The notes below the pieces were generated by a model. The model ran no database searches and was not told the DNA's origin. It worked only from the letters and a program-made list of their open reading frames with translations. Shown piece by piece: positions 1 to 14,992 of a DNA stretch of 64,000 nt; within the stretch, counting starts at the first letter, position 1, and each line of letters opens with the position of its first letter. Location: the NCBI GenBank assembly GCA_965235115.1, contig OZ249436.1, forward strand, positions 38,256,001 through 38,320,000, read 5' to 3'. Both the position numbers and the translations under genes were made by a program. Source of the stretch: Laetmonice hystrix (taxonomy: Eukaryota).

Positions 1-484
1 TGTTGGACCCCCTATTTTGCCTTTTTTGGGTTACCTTGTTGAAATGAATAAGGTAATGTAACCGATATGCGGGGCTCTTCCCTTTTCATCCTCATCATCA
101 CCATAATGCCAGTTACGCTAGGCCTGGCCTACAGTTTTCTCTTTCCACACATTTTGAAAGTGAATGGGCTACGCCTGATGTCCCTGCGGACTCAGAATCC
201 TTCTATCAACCCCCATAAATCACTCTAATCATGAAAGGTGACGCCCCTTCCAAATCCTGGCCCACGGCCCCTTGGTTCCTTGGTCGGAGGGAGAGGGGAG
301 GTTTTAGCCACCTTATTTTAGGCATAGGCATAAAAACTGACACCATAACGATCGTTCACCTCGGAAATGGGGGACTCTGTAGCTCAATCTTGTTGATGTT
401 GCATAAAGTTGTGGAGATATTGGCAGAACCCTAAATTTCGCTCATAGCTACCTCCTTCACGGCATCGCTTTCCATCTTCAGGAG

Positions 485-739
485 GGGGCCTCGGGTGGCC
501 GAATAAGGTGTTGGCTTATGACACCTAGGACCATCGCCTCATACCGCTGCGATCCGGGTTCGATCCCCGGTCTGCATGTGTGAAAAGGTTTGTCAGTCAG
601 TTCCTTCCCGATGGTTGGTGGTTTCCTCCGGGTACTCCGGTTTCCTCCACCAAGACAAACTGACTTTGATCATCATCTTCACCGCCGTGATATGACCCTG
701 GCTGTTGCAAGGCGTAAAACCCCAAATACCCACCCACCT
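485..739 (+). mobile_element. tRNA-derived SINE with V-domain-like core
   Basis: A-box-like GTGGCCGAATAAGG, B-box GGTTCGATCCC, core GGTTTCCTCCGGGTACTCCGGTTTCCTCCAC typical of V-SINEs, (ACCC)n tail; 11-bp TSD ATCTTCAGGAG at 474-484 and 740-750. Confidence 0.85.
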
Positions 740-1340
740 ATCTTCAGGAGAGCATTAAAACTACTACCATCGATTGTAAAAATGGGGCGTTACATAGCTC
801 AGTTTTACGGTTATCACCAAGAGTTGCGGAGATATAAGCAAAACGATACTTTTCGCCAATGGCCGCCATTATAAATCATTATTTTTTCATCCGAGGTCAT
901 CAAAAATAGCTTCATCGTATTCCTTGACCATGAAAATGGTGGACAGACACGTCATAATTGAAGCTAGTACAAATATTTGCGAAGATAATTGACAAAATTA
1001 TGATTTTTATTAATGGCGACCTTATAAGTAGGTCGTAACAAAAATTGCTCAACCATGCCAGCTGGACACCCGTCAGTTTCGTGAAAGGGATCACCTAAAG
1101 AATGCGTTTCCGCAAAAATCGTAGAAGTAGGCCTACTCCAACTCACAGTTCACCCCTTTTTGGAGGGTTATCTACTGGACAATAACGATACGACAACGAA
1201 ACAAGTTAGGTTTTCATATTTTATTTGTGTGTGTACAAAATGCATTTTGTGTGCATGTAAGTTATGCGTTATTGTATAAGTTATGAATAAATTATACGGC
1301 GATCCTAGATCATGTGACTCGTTGACGATGACGTCACTTC

Positions 1341-3455
1341 CTAGATATCTTCGGTAGAGTCAAGCTGATCCTCCGTCAAGTCGTATTTTCTATCAAGGTC
1401 GTTGAGCCCGCAGTCAATGATTCTGACTCTCTTCTTCGGGACGGCCGTGTTGGGATCTGACGGAACGTCGCCAAGCGTCTTCACAACGTCCTGAAACAAC
1501 AAACAAATTGTCATTGGGTTATATTTTTGGTGTTTTTGTCAGAAAGCTTTTTTCTTTTTTAAACGTATTGACCATTAATATAATATTATAGGGAGAAAAT
1601 TGCCTTTTTCAATACATCAATGATAACCGGTTACACGTAGGCCTGCTACCTAGCCACGGCTGGTCACCAGTAAGCCTAACCATAAGTGAAATTCCAGATT
1701 TATTTCAGTTTAGTTTTTTTAACTGCTTCTCGTGTTCGAAAACTTTAACAAAACAGATCTCTTATATATAAACAGGAAACGATTGCCTAGACCTACTTTT
1801 GCCAAGAACTTCTGCTCAGGTTGGGTTGCAGGGAACTTTATTGCCATCAAGAGGCATAAACTCTATCACATGTAGGCATTGACAGGTTTTTCACAGAGAA
1901 ATCTAAAATGATCAAGAAGGCCTATATAGGTCTACATGTACACCTTTTATTATTATGCAAGGACTAACAAGTGTCGGTGCTAGTATAAGACTTACAAAGC
2001 CGCGGACGATCTTGCCGAAGACGACATGTTTACTGTCGAGCCAGCGGGCCTTGGTAAGCAGGATGTAGAACTGAGAGCCGTTAGTGTCAGTGCCGTGGTT
2101 CGCCATGGCAACCCAGCCTGACGAACGGTGAGAAAGTATGAACTCCTCGTCGTTGAAACGCTCCCCGAAGATGCTGCGGCCTAAAAGCAGTTTAAAACAG
2201 TAAACTGCGTAATACTTTTGTGGAAATATAGGGGGGTGGGTGGGTATTATTGCTATCAAAATGTTAGTAGACGTTACCCTTAATGTAAAGAAATTCTATA
2301 ATAAGGGGTAACCTGCCCCCCTTAATGTAAAAATGGATAAAATAAGGGTACTTTCTACAATAAAGGTTTACCTGTCCCCCTTAATGTAAAAAATTATTTA
2401 AAAAATAAGGGTACGTCCTACAGTAAGGGTTGCTATAAAGCTCACCTCCTGTGCCATCTCCGATTGTGATGTCTCCCATCTGGATAACGAAGTCGGGTAC
2501 GATACGGTGGATGGGCGTGTTCTTGTAGTGAAGTGTTTCCTGTAATGGAATGTGTGTGTTAATGTAGGATTTATAGCTGACGACAACAGTTTCAATAGGG
2601 CCCTATGATGTTTTTACGTCAACGGATGAAAAGTGCTGAAAAAATGGGACTCGAAATTGGACTACCCATAAAAATGGTTTTGTCGAAAAAAACAATCATC
2701 CGAGCTATAAACCTGGTCCCGCCTTTTTAAAATGCACCTTGCGGCCCAAGTATTAAAGTGCTACAGAGATCACAATTAACATGAAATTTTGTACCAGATC
2801 CCGATAATACTTGTAATTTGTCGTTGTTCTGTAAAGGAACAGTTGTTGTACAACAACGTGAACTGTCTGTAATCCGTGATCAAAATGACCAATTCCCGTG
2901 CACACGTCACTTCCGGTTTTCGGTTAAGAGCAGTCGGGAACGAGACTGGGAAGTGGCGCGTGATTCAAATCATCAATATTTTGACAAATGCTAACGTTAC
3001 TTTCTGAAAGAATCTACAGAAAAACCTATTTTAGATACGTCTACAACTCACAGTGATCTATCTAGATCAGTAAAGGTATCTATGTGATCTCTGTAGCCGT
3101 GGACAAATTCATAGATCTTTTGTTCTCTTTTTCAGCATGTTTCATTTCCAATACCATTTCCAAGATAAAGCTTAACAGATTACAATCAACACCCCCTTTC
3201 CTGTCAAGACCTGCCACTCACCCTGCCTTTCTTGTATCCCTTGGTAATGGCGGCGAAGTTCATGGAGGTCATGGGGGCCGTCTCACCGAAGAGGCCGATG
3301 ACGAAGCGCCCCCTATAGTCCTGTCCTGGACCATCCATGTCCTGTACCTCCACATCGAACCACGCCTCGTCCGTCACCGTGAAGTTACCGCACTGGCCCA
3401 GCGCAAACACGGCGCACGTATAGGCTAGGAGTACTAGCATGTTGGATTCCTGCAT
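1341..3455 (-). CDS. Cyclophilin B/C-like peptidyl-prolyl isomerase, divergent paralog with signal peptide (~220 aa)
   Basis: Exons 3455-3222, 2539-2446, 2180-1996, 1490-1341, all GT-AG and in phase. Hydrophobic N-terminus, [48 protein letters not shown]; ends STEDI*. Confidence 0.93.
2757..3098. mobile_element. Degenerate MITE in intron 1 of the cyclophilin paralog
   Basis: Inverted ends GCTACAGAGATCAC ... GTGATCTCTGTAGC; TTAA on the left side only. Confidence 0.45.
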
Positions 3456-5488
3456 GATCGTCAGCTGGGAGGTGGAATAAATATAATATAATATATAGCA
3501 AGGGATTGCTAAGGCATGATGCGATTGTGCTGTGTTTGTCGTCTGGTCAAAAGAGATGACAAAAAGGTGCAATTATAGATCTAATAGGGTCTTCAAAAAT
3601 TGCAGAACGCAAAGAAGTCAGTGCTGGAATGGGATGGTACTTAATTTTGTCGGTAGATTTCCAGCAGTATAATATTTTAACTTCACCGTAGATTGACATG
3701 GCTAGGCCTATTCATTAGACCTCTCCAAGCTGCCCTTAGGGAGTCCACCATTTTTCTGAGTGAATCGCGCATGAAGTGCATGCACACAATGAGCGAGGCC
3801 TACTTCAAGCGGTACATGTAGGGCCTATAGTTTTTCCAGTGAGCTAAACGGTACAAGCTAGGGAACCTATAATGTAAATGGATAAGCAAACTGAACGTGC
3901 CTCAAGCGAAAGTCGGCTGGGCACGCACACTTTTGACTTATCGGTATAGGCACACAGTCTTGAAAGCGCCTTTGCGCAATTGCGCGCCTCAAAAGTAAAG
4001 GCCTGCAGATAATGTCGGGAGCCTGTCGATTTTACAAATCTTTCGTTTGGAATCGATCTATAGCCTACTGATTCCCTCTTTCCAAGCAACGGGTTAGAAA
4101 ATACCAAAACCCTTGATTCTGCATTATCATCATCAAAATAAAATGGGATTTGACACAAATGAACCAAACAGTGATCGATTTTGTCAATCGTTCTCTTGGG
4201 CTCGGCCACGTTTACTCCTGGCGATGGACGTAGCAAACAATGACATTGATTGAGACAGGTGCACCATCTGACCGCCAGATGTCAGGCTGCCACGTGGTTG
4301 CTATCACCTGTTGAAAACCATCAACTGTTGCGAACTTTCTGGACGCCTCCACGGGTACCTTATAACAGGCCTATAAATGAAGGCCTACTGTGTACATAAT
4401 CCCTATAGGAACCTATGTTATGTGTAACGTGAATAGTTAGCCTCATGTGAAGCAAACAGAATGATAGATCTATAGCGTTAATCTACAAATCCTTTTTTCA
4501 GGAGTGTTGGCGCGGTTTTCTTTTGCTCTATTTCAAGGTATTTTGATTAATACTTTAACAGCGAGGCATGCATTTCTATGCTTATTTTTGGGTCCCAATA
4601 CCAAGACCCTGAGAGAGATCGAAGTGATTCAGGCAGCTTGTTCTGATAGTCTAGTCTCTAATCTCCAGCTCGTAGCAAGCTGCCTTGGTTTAAGCATGTA
4701 ACATCTGAAGGATCTATATGTATTATATAAACATCCAGCAGTTAACACACTTCAAAATAGTTCCAGACTAAAACGTTGCATTGTACATGTGTGTTGAGCT
4801 TCAAATGTAGGCCTACCAATCTCAGTTCGTCACTTTTTAGAGTTATATATGCTAATTTGTTCGTGTGCCGACAAAGCAAACTGAAGGTGCCCCCAGAGCA
4901 GCCCTTCGTGTCCTTTGTGAGAAAGCGCGACAGTAAAAGCCCTACGTTCTGCAAGGTTAGTAATTTCGCTGTATAGATCTACTCCTGTTTCCTCAACCCT
5001 GGCTGTGAAGCTTAAACCCCCAATACCAACCGGCCCCACAGGTCTGGAGTAAGGCTATGGGAAACCGAATGGACATTAAGGAATAATCATACCTGTTGCT
5101 GAATCTCTCCGCTCCGGGTGTGTTGTTCGAGTTGCTGTAAGTCGAGATGTGTAGGCTGATGATGGGGCAAGCACCTAATTTATACCCTACCCTGAATGGG
5201 GAGGGGTGCCACGCGTCCACCACACCGGCTCCTAACCCCCTCCCTGTGCCGGACATTGATTGGATATTGATCCTTTGAGAGACAACAATGGCACATGGCG
5301 GGTGTGTGGGTAACAAACGCTGCCGACATGGCCCCTGGTGTCTGAGTGGTCCGTCCCTCTCCGACCGCCCAGGTGAACGTCACCCACAACAGCTGTTTTA
5401 TGACGTGGCTCGAGACACTGAGACAAAAGTCGAAAACCTAATGATGATGATGAAACACGGTCATTCAATCGGTTTGGGATGATGAAAT

Positions 5489-5989
<501 letters not shown>

Positions 5990-6989
5990 TAACTAAGGCC
6001 ATATTTATGGTAAAAGCATGGTGGTTAGTATTAGGTCTGCTATTTATTTTCCTAAAGGCTATAGGGGGAGGGGGGCTCTGGCTACGGGTTCCTTGTAAGA
6101 ACGAGGGCGCATCCTGAGCATTGGTTAGGGGTTCGTGTCAATATATGACGGGCATTCTCCCATTGTCCGTGTATATTAACATACATGTCATAAGCCCATC
6201 CATGAAGTCACCACATACAAATCACATTTAGATATATAATATATTTATTCTCCGTAATCATAATAATCATGCTTTAGAAGACCATCTATGTCAGGGATCC
6301 ATTATGACAATGGTAGGGTTGTTTCAACAATGGTCTACACGTGTGTACACACTGACTGGTTGACGAGGTACTCCAAAACAACCGCTCCAAGTCGCCATAA
6401 TAAAGAATCGCGTCGCGTCGATATGGGAGCACAGCGTCGCGATACTCACACAACTGAGAATTGATACATTATTACGCATGCACGCAGATATCAAAAGTCT
6501 AATGATCAGGGGGGTTTCCCTTATTAATATTTTGAAAAATATACATTGGGTACGGTATATATGGGGATGCCTTCGCATGATCATATATCACTAACATTAA
6601 ACCAATGTTCAAATTGATCCAAGATGATCTCGTTGCTAAATGTAAGCCTACTTATATGATACATTGTGTAGAGAAATGAAAATACAGTTAAGTGCTACCG
6701 TGTCTGATACAGCATGATTATTAAAGACGCCCCTCTAGATTATATAAAAATAACTGGTATCGTTTTTTAATAGCACTACATCCCTTCTACAATGGCTGGC
6801 CGGCCACGTATCAGTGATCATTGAGGCCAACAGATGGACAATCACTACAACTACATGGAAGGTTGGGATGGGGAGTGGGGTGAGGGGTGAGTGGGGGTGT
6901 GAGTGTGGGTGGGGGTGGGGGTGAAACCTCACGAACAGTGTGACGTGTAAGTCACGTGGTACTGTCCATCGTAACTCTATGTGTTGTCT

Positions 6990-8506
6990 TGAACTCCCAC
7001 CACTAGACCCATCCTGCTGGCGGGGAGAGTCACTGAACTCCCACCACTAGACCCATCCTGCTGGCGGGGAGAGTCACTGAACTCCCACCACTAGACCCAT
7101 CCTGCTGGCGGGGCGGGTCACTGAGCTCCCACCACTAGACCATCCTGATGGCGGGGGAGACACTGAACTCCCACCACTAGACCCATCCTGCTGGCGGGGG
7201 GAGACACAGAACTCCCACCACTAGACCATCCTGATGGCGGGGGAGACACTGAACTCCCACTACTAGACCATCCTGATGGCGGGGGAGACACTGAACTCCC
7301 ACTACTAGACCATCCTGCCGGCGGGGAGAGTCACTGAACTCCCACCACAACACCCAACCGGCTGGCAGAGAGAGACACTGAACTCCCACCACCAGACCAT
7401 CCTGCTGGCGGGGAGAGACACTGAACTCCCACCACCTGACTATCCTGATGGCGGGGGAGACACTGAACTCCCACTACTAGACCCATCCTGTTGGCGGGGG
7501 GAGACACAGAACTCCCACCACTAGACCATCCTGATGGCGGGGGAGACACTGAACTCCCACTACTAGACCATCCTGATGGCGGGGGAGACACTGAACTCCC
7601 ACTACTAGACCCATCCTGTTGGCGGGGGGAGACACAGAACTCCCACCACTAGACCATCCTGATGGCGGGGGAGACACTGAACTCCCACCACTAGACCATC
7701 CTGATGGCGGGGGAGACACTGAACTCCCACTACTAGACCATCCTGATGGCGGGGGGAGACACAGAACTCCCACCACTAGACCATCCTGATGGCGGGGGAG
7801 ACACTGAACTCCCACTACTAGACCATCCTGATGGCGGGGAGAGACACTGAACTCCCACCACCTGACTATCCTGCTGGCGGGGAGAGTCACTAAACTCCCA
7901 CCACTAGACCCATCCTGCTGGCGGGGAGAGTCACTGAACTCCCACCACTAGACCCATACTGCTGGCGGGGGGAGACACAGAACTCCCACCACTAGACCAT
8001 CCTGATGGCGGGGGAGACACTGAACTCCCACTACTAGACCCATCCTGCTGGCGGGGAGAGACACTGAACTCCCACTGAACTCCCACCACTAGACGCATCC
8101 TGCTGGCGGAGAGACACTGAACTCCCACCACTAGACCATCCTGCTGGCGGGGAGAGACACTGAACTCCCACCACCTGACTATCCTGCTGGCGGGGAGAGT
8201 CACTAAACTCCCACCACTAGACCCATCCTGCTGGCGGGTAGAGTCACTGAACTCCCACCACCAGACCATCCTGCTGGCGGGGAGAGTCACTGAACTCCCA
8301 CCACTAGACCATCCTGCTGGCGGGGAGAGACACTGAACTCCCACCACCTGACTATCCTGCTGGCGGGGAGAGTCACTAAACTCCCACCACTAGACCCATC
8401 CTGCTGGCGGGTAGAGTCACTGAACTCCCACCACCAGACCATCCTGCTGGCGGGGAGAGTCACTGAACTCCCCACCACTAGACCATCCTGATGGCGGGGG
8501 AAGACA
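6990..8506. repeat. Minisatellite, ~38-42-bp unit, roughly 38 copies
   Basis: Unit CTGAACTCCCACCACTAGACC(C)ATCCTGCTGGCGGGGAGAG(T/A)CA, head-to-tail with variants and no unique spacers. Confidence 0.97.
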
Positions 8507-11500
8507 GATTTCTCATGTTGTCACATGTGAAACACTCACTCTCGAGAAAGAAGAGAAGAAGAAGAAAAAAAAACCCGTGGTATTGTCAATGTTTTATGAA
8601 CTCATCATAGTCACGGCGCTGTAAAGTTTGACGGGGAAAAGCAACTTTTTAACCATTAAAATGTAAGCCTTGAACGCGCCACAAACTGTCGTCTGGGTGG
8701 CCTCCTGTTGAACACTGCTCTATGTCATCATGTGTACATACACCAATACATACATGGCACATCATAAGTGTCTCAATGTGAGGAAAAAATACCCCCCAAA
8801 AGACTAACCAAAATAACCCAGCAAAAACACTCGGCCATCCGCCATCTTGCTGTATAACGTCATGCCTCCCATAACTCATTGATTGGACTTATTTGACACA
8901 ATTTTTATAGTGGTTTGGGGCAAACTACAATTCTCTCATCTCTGAACACCGCAAGTATACAAATCTGGACTATGTGGAAACATAAGGATCAACTATGTTT
9001 GGAATATTACACATATCCCATAACCTCTAGTTTGGCTGCGGGGGTGGGGGGGTGGGGGGGGGGAGTAGTTACGATACTTTGATCACGTCCTATCATTGAT
9101 GAAGTGCTACAAGAAGCTATGGATTCTTTTATCGGAGGGGGGAATTACATGGATCCCACCTCACTCGTAATACTGGGAAACCCTGGCCCCTTCTCCCCTT
9201 TTTTTAGACACCCCTGATATTATTACTACTACTGCAGAACTAAACTATTTTACATTTATCAAATAAGAAACGCGTGCAAACCTTTCTCTCAAACATACAA
9301 TCTGTTCTGCTGGCAGACAAACTCTTGGATCATCTGCCTCAACTCTGACTGATAAATGCAAGGCCCATCTAACCGAACAGGGGTTCATCGGAGCGCATGC
9401 CCTGTGTGTATGACATAAGTATAAATATATATGGTAGTTAGGTCTGAAAAGTTCAACAATTAATGGCCCCGTGACTGGAAATTTAAAAGATGTAAAGGGC
9501 GTACATGATTGGCGTTCACGTAAACTTACATGTAAACTGGGTACATATATTTTTGTGCCACCCTATATATCAGCTGTAACCGAAAAATCGAGTGGGCACA
9601 CATCTACTTCGACCGAGGCCGATCAGTACGAGTACACAATCTATGTCTCCGACAAGACAACAAAGGTTTTGGCTGTTTTAATTAGGTCACACCGTACGTA
9701 GACGTAGACTTAACCTAAATAGTAACAAGAAGCCAGACGAAACTTTTTTGCGTTCCAAATGTGACCCGGGTGACAGTCGTTACAGGTACACGTCACGCGC
9801 TTCACAGGTCACGTGAGTTGATATCCGACCATTTCATTGTCACACCTTCTACACATGTATTCGAGTGAGTTATCTTTCGGAGTTGTCCGCTCGTAAACGT
9901 CTAAACTTCTAGAGTCTTCCAGAAACAGCTTCAATAAGACGGCTATGAACTAATCGTAATGTCACAAAACCACCAGACTGGTTTATTTCTGAAAACTCTT
10001 ACTCAATTCCCCTGCGTCTATAATGCGACACTTCATATTTTATTTACAAACCCGACGCCGTCTTGCACATTTAGCTACATGCATGGTCTATTCTACACAG
10101 GTCTATTGCATTGATTGGAGCCTCGCAAAGTCATTTCGCGTACAACCATGCGACTGTCTACCACGTTGTATCTAATATTTACCAGGACATACGGGCCACG
10201 TCACCATTGGTAGTCGTATTTCCTGAACCTGCTGTTTTCCCTGTTGTAGCTTGATCTAAGACTAGCACACTACAGACAACAATATCAAATATAGCGGAGT
10301 GACCGATGACATACAGGGACACTGCGAAAACATACTTGCTATGTTCTAGATAGTGGTAAGACGTTAGGAAACGTAATCGTACCAGTCACACCGATTTAAG
10401 AATAGTTTAAGTCGTCAAGGCTTGCTTTACACACGTTTCGTAACTGAGAACGGAGAATCTCGCTCATAATGGCATTCCTCCCTGTACCCTGCGGCTACAC
10501 CTGCACTCTGGAGGTACCAACTTTGTACGCTAGATGGCGCAGGTTCGATAATCCCTAGATAACTAGACCAAGAGCGTAACTAAAAAAACACTCATTTAAA
10601 CACACCACCTGACGCTACTGGACAACAATTAACAAACTTGGAGCTATAAATAAAAGGACTGATGGCGTATAAGGATTAAACAATATCTGTGCGGTCTGGT
10701 GTGGGGTTGGTAGTGGCGGGGGCGGGGAGCTAGTTGGGCTAAGAATAATGAGTCTTATCGACTATATACCTGGGGGAAGGCGGCAGTGGCGGGTCCACCG
10801 TTACTCCTTATATCATGCCGTAATATCTTGGTCTCTTATCGTCAAGAGGGGGGGGGGCAATTTGCTCTCTGCCCCCCCCCCTCCCCCCCCCCCACACACA
10901 CCCTCCCACATCCCCCGAGGCCATATCAAAGCCGAGGGTGAAAAAAAGCACCACAAGTAGACAAAAGTAACGTAATATGGTTGTAAAACATAATAATATA
11001 ATAAAAAACAACATGTACTGGTATAGATATAGCTTATAATATGAGCCTTCTATAGAATTACAAATGTATACACTAGTCTGTAGATGTTGGAATCACAAAC
11101 CAGTGAGTTTGACGAGTCTGTGTCCTCATCTGAATGAGTACCATCGAATAGAAGACAAATACTTGGGGACTTGGCAAGAGTTCACTCAGACTGCACCTAA
11201 TCAGTCACCACGCTTGTACAACATACAATAACAAAACCGCAGACTTGTTCCATGTGGGTGTGCTACTACTCAGATCAATTTTAACGGTTGAAGTTCTAAC
11301 GGGTCATGGCTGAGCCACCGACCACACAGTGTATACTTGAAGACCGACACCTAACCAACAAAAAAACCCAAGAAATTCTGTCCCACACTTGTGACGTTCT
11401 CAACTGCCGGGTCAGTAAAAGGTACATTTACCTGCAATATATGAAGTTTTGTTCTGCACAGTTTTAATATACTAACCTTAGAGTTGAAAACATCTAACAT

Positions 11501-13922
11501 GCCCCCTTTTCTTCCCTCTTTAAATCCATGTAAAATCGACCCTCTGTAACACTATTAACCTTCCAACTAAAATGGCACGTTAACCAACGAGTGCACTTCT
11601 AGAACACCCGCTGTGATATAAATGTTATTTTCAGCCTCCTGCTTTTCAAACGCTTTAAATTTGACATGAACTCCTTCATGGAATCCTAGTCCGACATGGA
11701 TACATTAGTCGGTTACAAAATGAATACATGTGTGTACATGGTGAAGCAGGTTGGACTTGACCTACTCTTACCCTTACCATATTGTACATAAATGCATATT
11801 ATTATTATTCATAGACAGGGATTTTCTCCTTTTTTTTGGGGGGGGGGGGGGGGGCTTCTTGCCGATATTATTTCGTGATATCAGAATTGAAAATCACGGA
11901 GAGTAACTCATACCGGTAAATACAAAATAAAAAAAACAAAATTGTACATAATTGTGCACTTTAACCATACGAGTATGTGCTTTCGCCACCAGTTTGCTCT
12001 GGCCTCTCAAGCCGAAAAAAACACCCTTATCTTATCAACATAACATCACTAAATGACGCCGGTATGTGAGATTCCCTCCTTAACCCTCCGGCTGTAAGAT
12101 TATATACAAGCAGCCTTGGTTATATGTGATCAACCTACATTTTGTAGAATCAGAAAACGTAATTAGAGAACCTTATCTGATAATAAAACACTGAAACCCA
12201 TCAGTGGTTATCATCCTCGGGCACGGACTCTGTCACCCACTTCCAAAGTCGTCTGCCTGACGTATCGGCTCATTCACCAGCACAACGACAGGGGGCGTGT
12301 CGATCGCACTGTGTGCCTTGCAGGGCGCTTTGACTAGATATCCGAACCGCAAATAAAATAGGCAGGGAAGGGATGGCGAATCCGTTCTCTTTGACTTTCC
12401 TTTCAGTATTCTGAACGGTCTAACGTTGGAAGCAAGGTTTAGACAATGTATGTGTTCGTAGAAATGTCAAGAGTTCCGTGTGTGACGTACTCAGCTCACA
12501 ACTCAGAGTGACTATAAATAACTCGGCTTGCACAACTCGGTGAAAATGTTCAAGTGTACCATACAAACACCTACACCCACACCCGGCCTCCGATATGAAA
12601 GTCTTTCATCAACTCGCGACGATACAAAGTAGTATTTGAATATCTACGGCTAGCTAACACGTAACATCAAAATACATCGACAGGAGGACCTGAAGGCGCG
12701 GGGTCAAATCACCCTCATGGTACTGGTAGGCGACTTCAACAACTGCCCATAACCTAACGGCTGTTTCCCTTGAATGGTTGGTTGACACGGTTGGTCTACT
12801 GCTGTCTTGTTTTAATACACGTGAATATGCCCGAGTCAGGGCCAAGTGGTGAGTTGGACAAAAGAAATGTTAGTGGGGAACGGGGGAAAAGGAGAAATGG
12901 ACTGCAGCGTTTCCATCTCAGAGAGTCTATCTTTACGAATGGTTTTGGACACTTTCTGACGTTCCTCCAATCTAGGGTTGAGCACCCTGGCCCTGGGGGT
13001 GTTCCTCATCATGTCGTTAGCTTGTCGTATCGTTAACTCCAGTGTATTTTCAATCGGGATTTTAACGCACGACAGGATAACGATAGATGAGGAACGCAGC
13101 CCTGAGCCTTTACACTAGACAGATTTGCCAGTCCAGTATCCTCATCATACGAAAAACGTTTACGGAACATCCTGTTAGGAAGCTCACACAGTTTCAGCCA
13201 GGTACACAAAATTGTTTTCAACGCTAAATACTGCAAAGACTGAAAACCGACCCGAAATGGGCGACTTGGATAAAACAACATTTGACCTGACTGAAGTGAA
13301 AAATCCCCCGTGCTGAGGCTAAAGATGAAAACTGTCTGATTGCAGAAACCTAGTCCTATGACACTTAGTAAACAACCCGTGAACGTCTTCGTACCGCGGA
13401 GTTCAAATCGAACGCGTATTTGGTCGTCCTTGATCTATGTATAAATAGCACCATGAACAGTCTGGCCATAGTGAGCAGATATGACGTCCAAAGCCAAACA
13501 TGAACTGGCCATCAATTCATAAACGTCACTAGTAGGATGACCCGTACAACGAGCGTCCCCCACCTTTCCAGCATCAACTACCGTAAACTCATTGTAACTA
13601 ATTTCTGCCCGTATTACGAGAAACTTTCGCCACCTTTCGGCCCGACAGTGTTGTAAAGCTCTGCTGACATAGTATCATATCATCACTGTTTACTGCTATA
13701 CGTTTGATTAACTGCTTAGTTTTACAATCAGTGATTCCATCATGAATCTAGTAAGTCAGATGTCTGGATACTCCTCATAATCATTCAAGGTTACATTCAA
13801 GCTGCTCGTTTTAATGCCTCCAATCCGGCCAGAGACGAAAATCGACGAACCTCGTCAAGTGATGAATTACCTTACTCAACATACCTAACAAATCCAAGAT
13901 CTTATTCTTACACTTCACAACA

Positions 13923-14106
13923 CCAGGGCCCGGTTTTTAGTTCGTCATTTAACCAATCTTAAGACTGAAATTTTAAGACTGACTTGTGTTATGGTCTCTG
14001 ATTGGCTGACTTCATTTGAAGGACCAATCAGAAGCTCCGAAACAAGAGTTCAGTCTTAAGATTTGAATCTTAAGACTGAGTTTGCAAACTAAAAACCAGG
14101 GCCTGG
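13923..14106. mobile_element. Palindromic MITE (PIF/Harbinger-like)
   Basis: Ends CCAGGGCCCGGTTTTTAGTT ... AACTAAAAACCAGGGCCTGG, with internal inverted TCTTAAGACTGA blocks. Confidence 0.7.
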
Positions 14107-14992
14107 GCGACCTACTGGCCTGTTCTCTGCCGAAACCACCACCGTACAGTATCTGTATAGCTTCCAAACATCCACTGTTCTATACAACAGACGTCCACTG
14201 CGTCCCCTTCAAACAATACTGGGTCAAACACGCTCACCCTCGATTCAACCTTAACACGAACGCTGCAGTGGATGATAAATTCGATTTTTACGACAATAAG
14301 CACGTCGGCGAACCTGGTGGCAGCAGAGTGAGGTAGAGCATGTCGAACCAGCATCACGTGACGTGAGGACGAGACAGGAGCACGTGACTTGGGAGTAAAC
14401 ACGTTATCAGCTGCGTGATTGGATATAGAGACAGCTGATAGTGACGGCTAACATACAATCACTAGAATAAACAACGTCATAGGAGTGAAGTAAGATCATA
14501 ACGTCAAGTCAAGGTGGTCTGGTGAAGTTGTAATGTGGAAAGACCCGTAAAAAGTCAGATATGAGGGGGGCTGCTCTCACATGGTAGTAAATATCCATGT
14601 TCTCTGAGGGAATCGGAAGTGAAAAAAATATATAACAAGACTATTCACAAGTGAACGCCACTTGGGCTGCATATTTTGAGTCTTGCATTTCAGCAGGTTT
14701 TCAGCATTGGTCCTATTGATGTTCCTAAGAAAAGGTGGAAAAAACAACCACTCCTTTCAGAAAACAACGGCTCCCTCTGTACCTACTCAACACACTCACT
14801 CACTGGATCAGACTCAAATCAAAACGTCTTGATTGGTCAGACTGAAATGACGGCTTCTGATTGGTCCGAATTGTGCTACTCCTGCTTGGTGAGAATTTGG
14901 CCTTGTTGTTGGATGTAACAAGGCGTCTGCCTTAATCGTCGCCAGGTGTGAATGTCACAGGGTGTGAATGTCGCAGAACGATGATGTTGGGT

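Noticed and set aside
485..575. tRNA gene
   Set aside because: A and B boxes present, but no convincing cloverleaf; it is the SINE head.
751..1183. Right end of an Academ-like DNA transposon
   Set aside because: Only a vague terminal resemblance; no partner TIR or TSD in the window.
6990..8506. CRISPR-like regular array
   Set aside because: Units are contiguous with no unique spacers, no cas genes, eukaryotic context.
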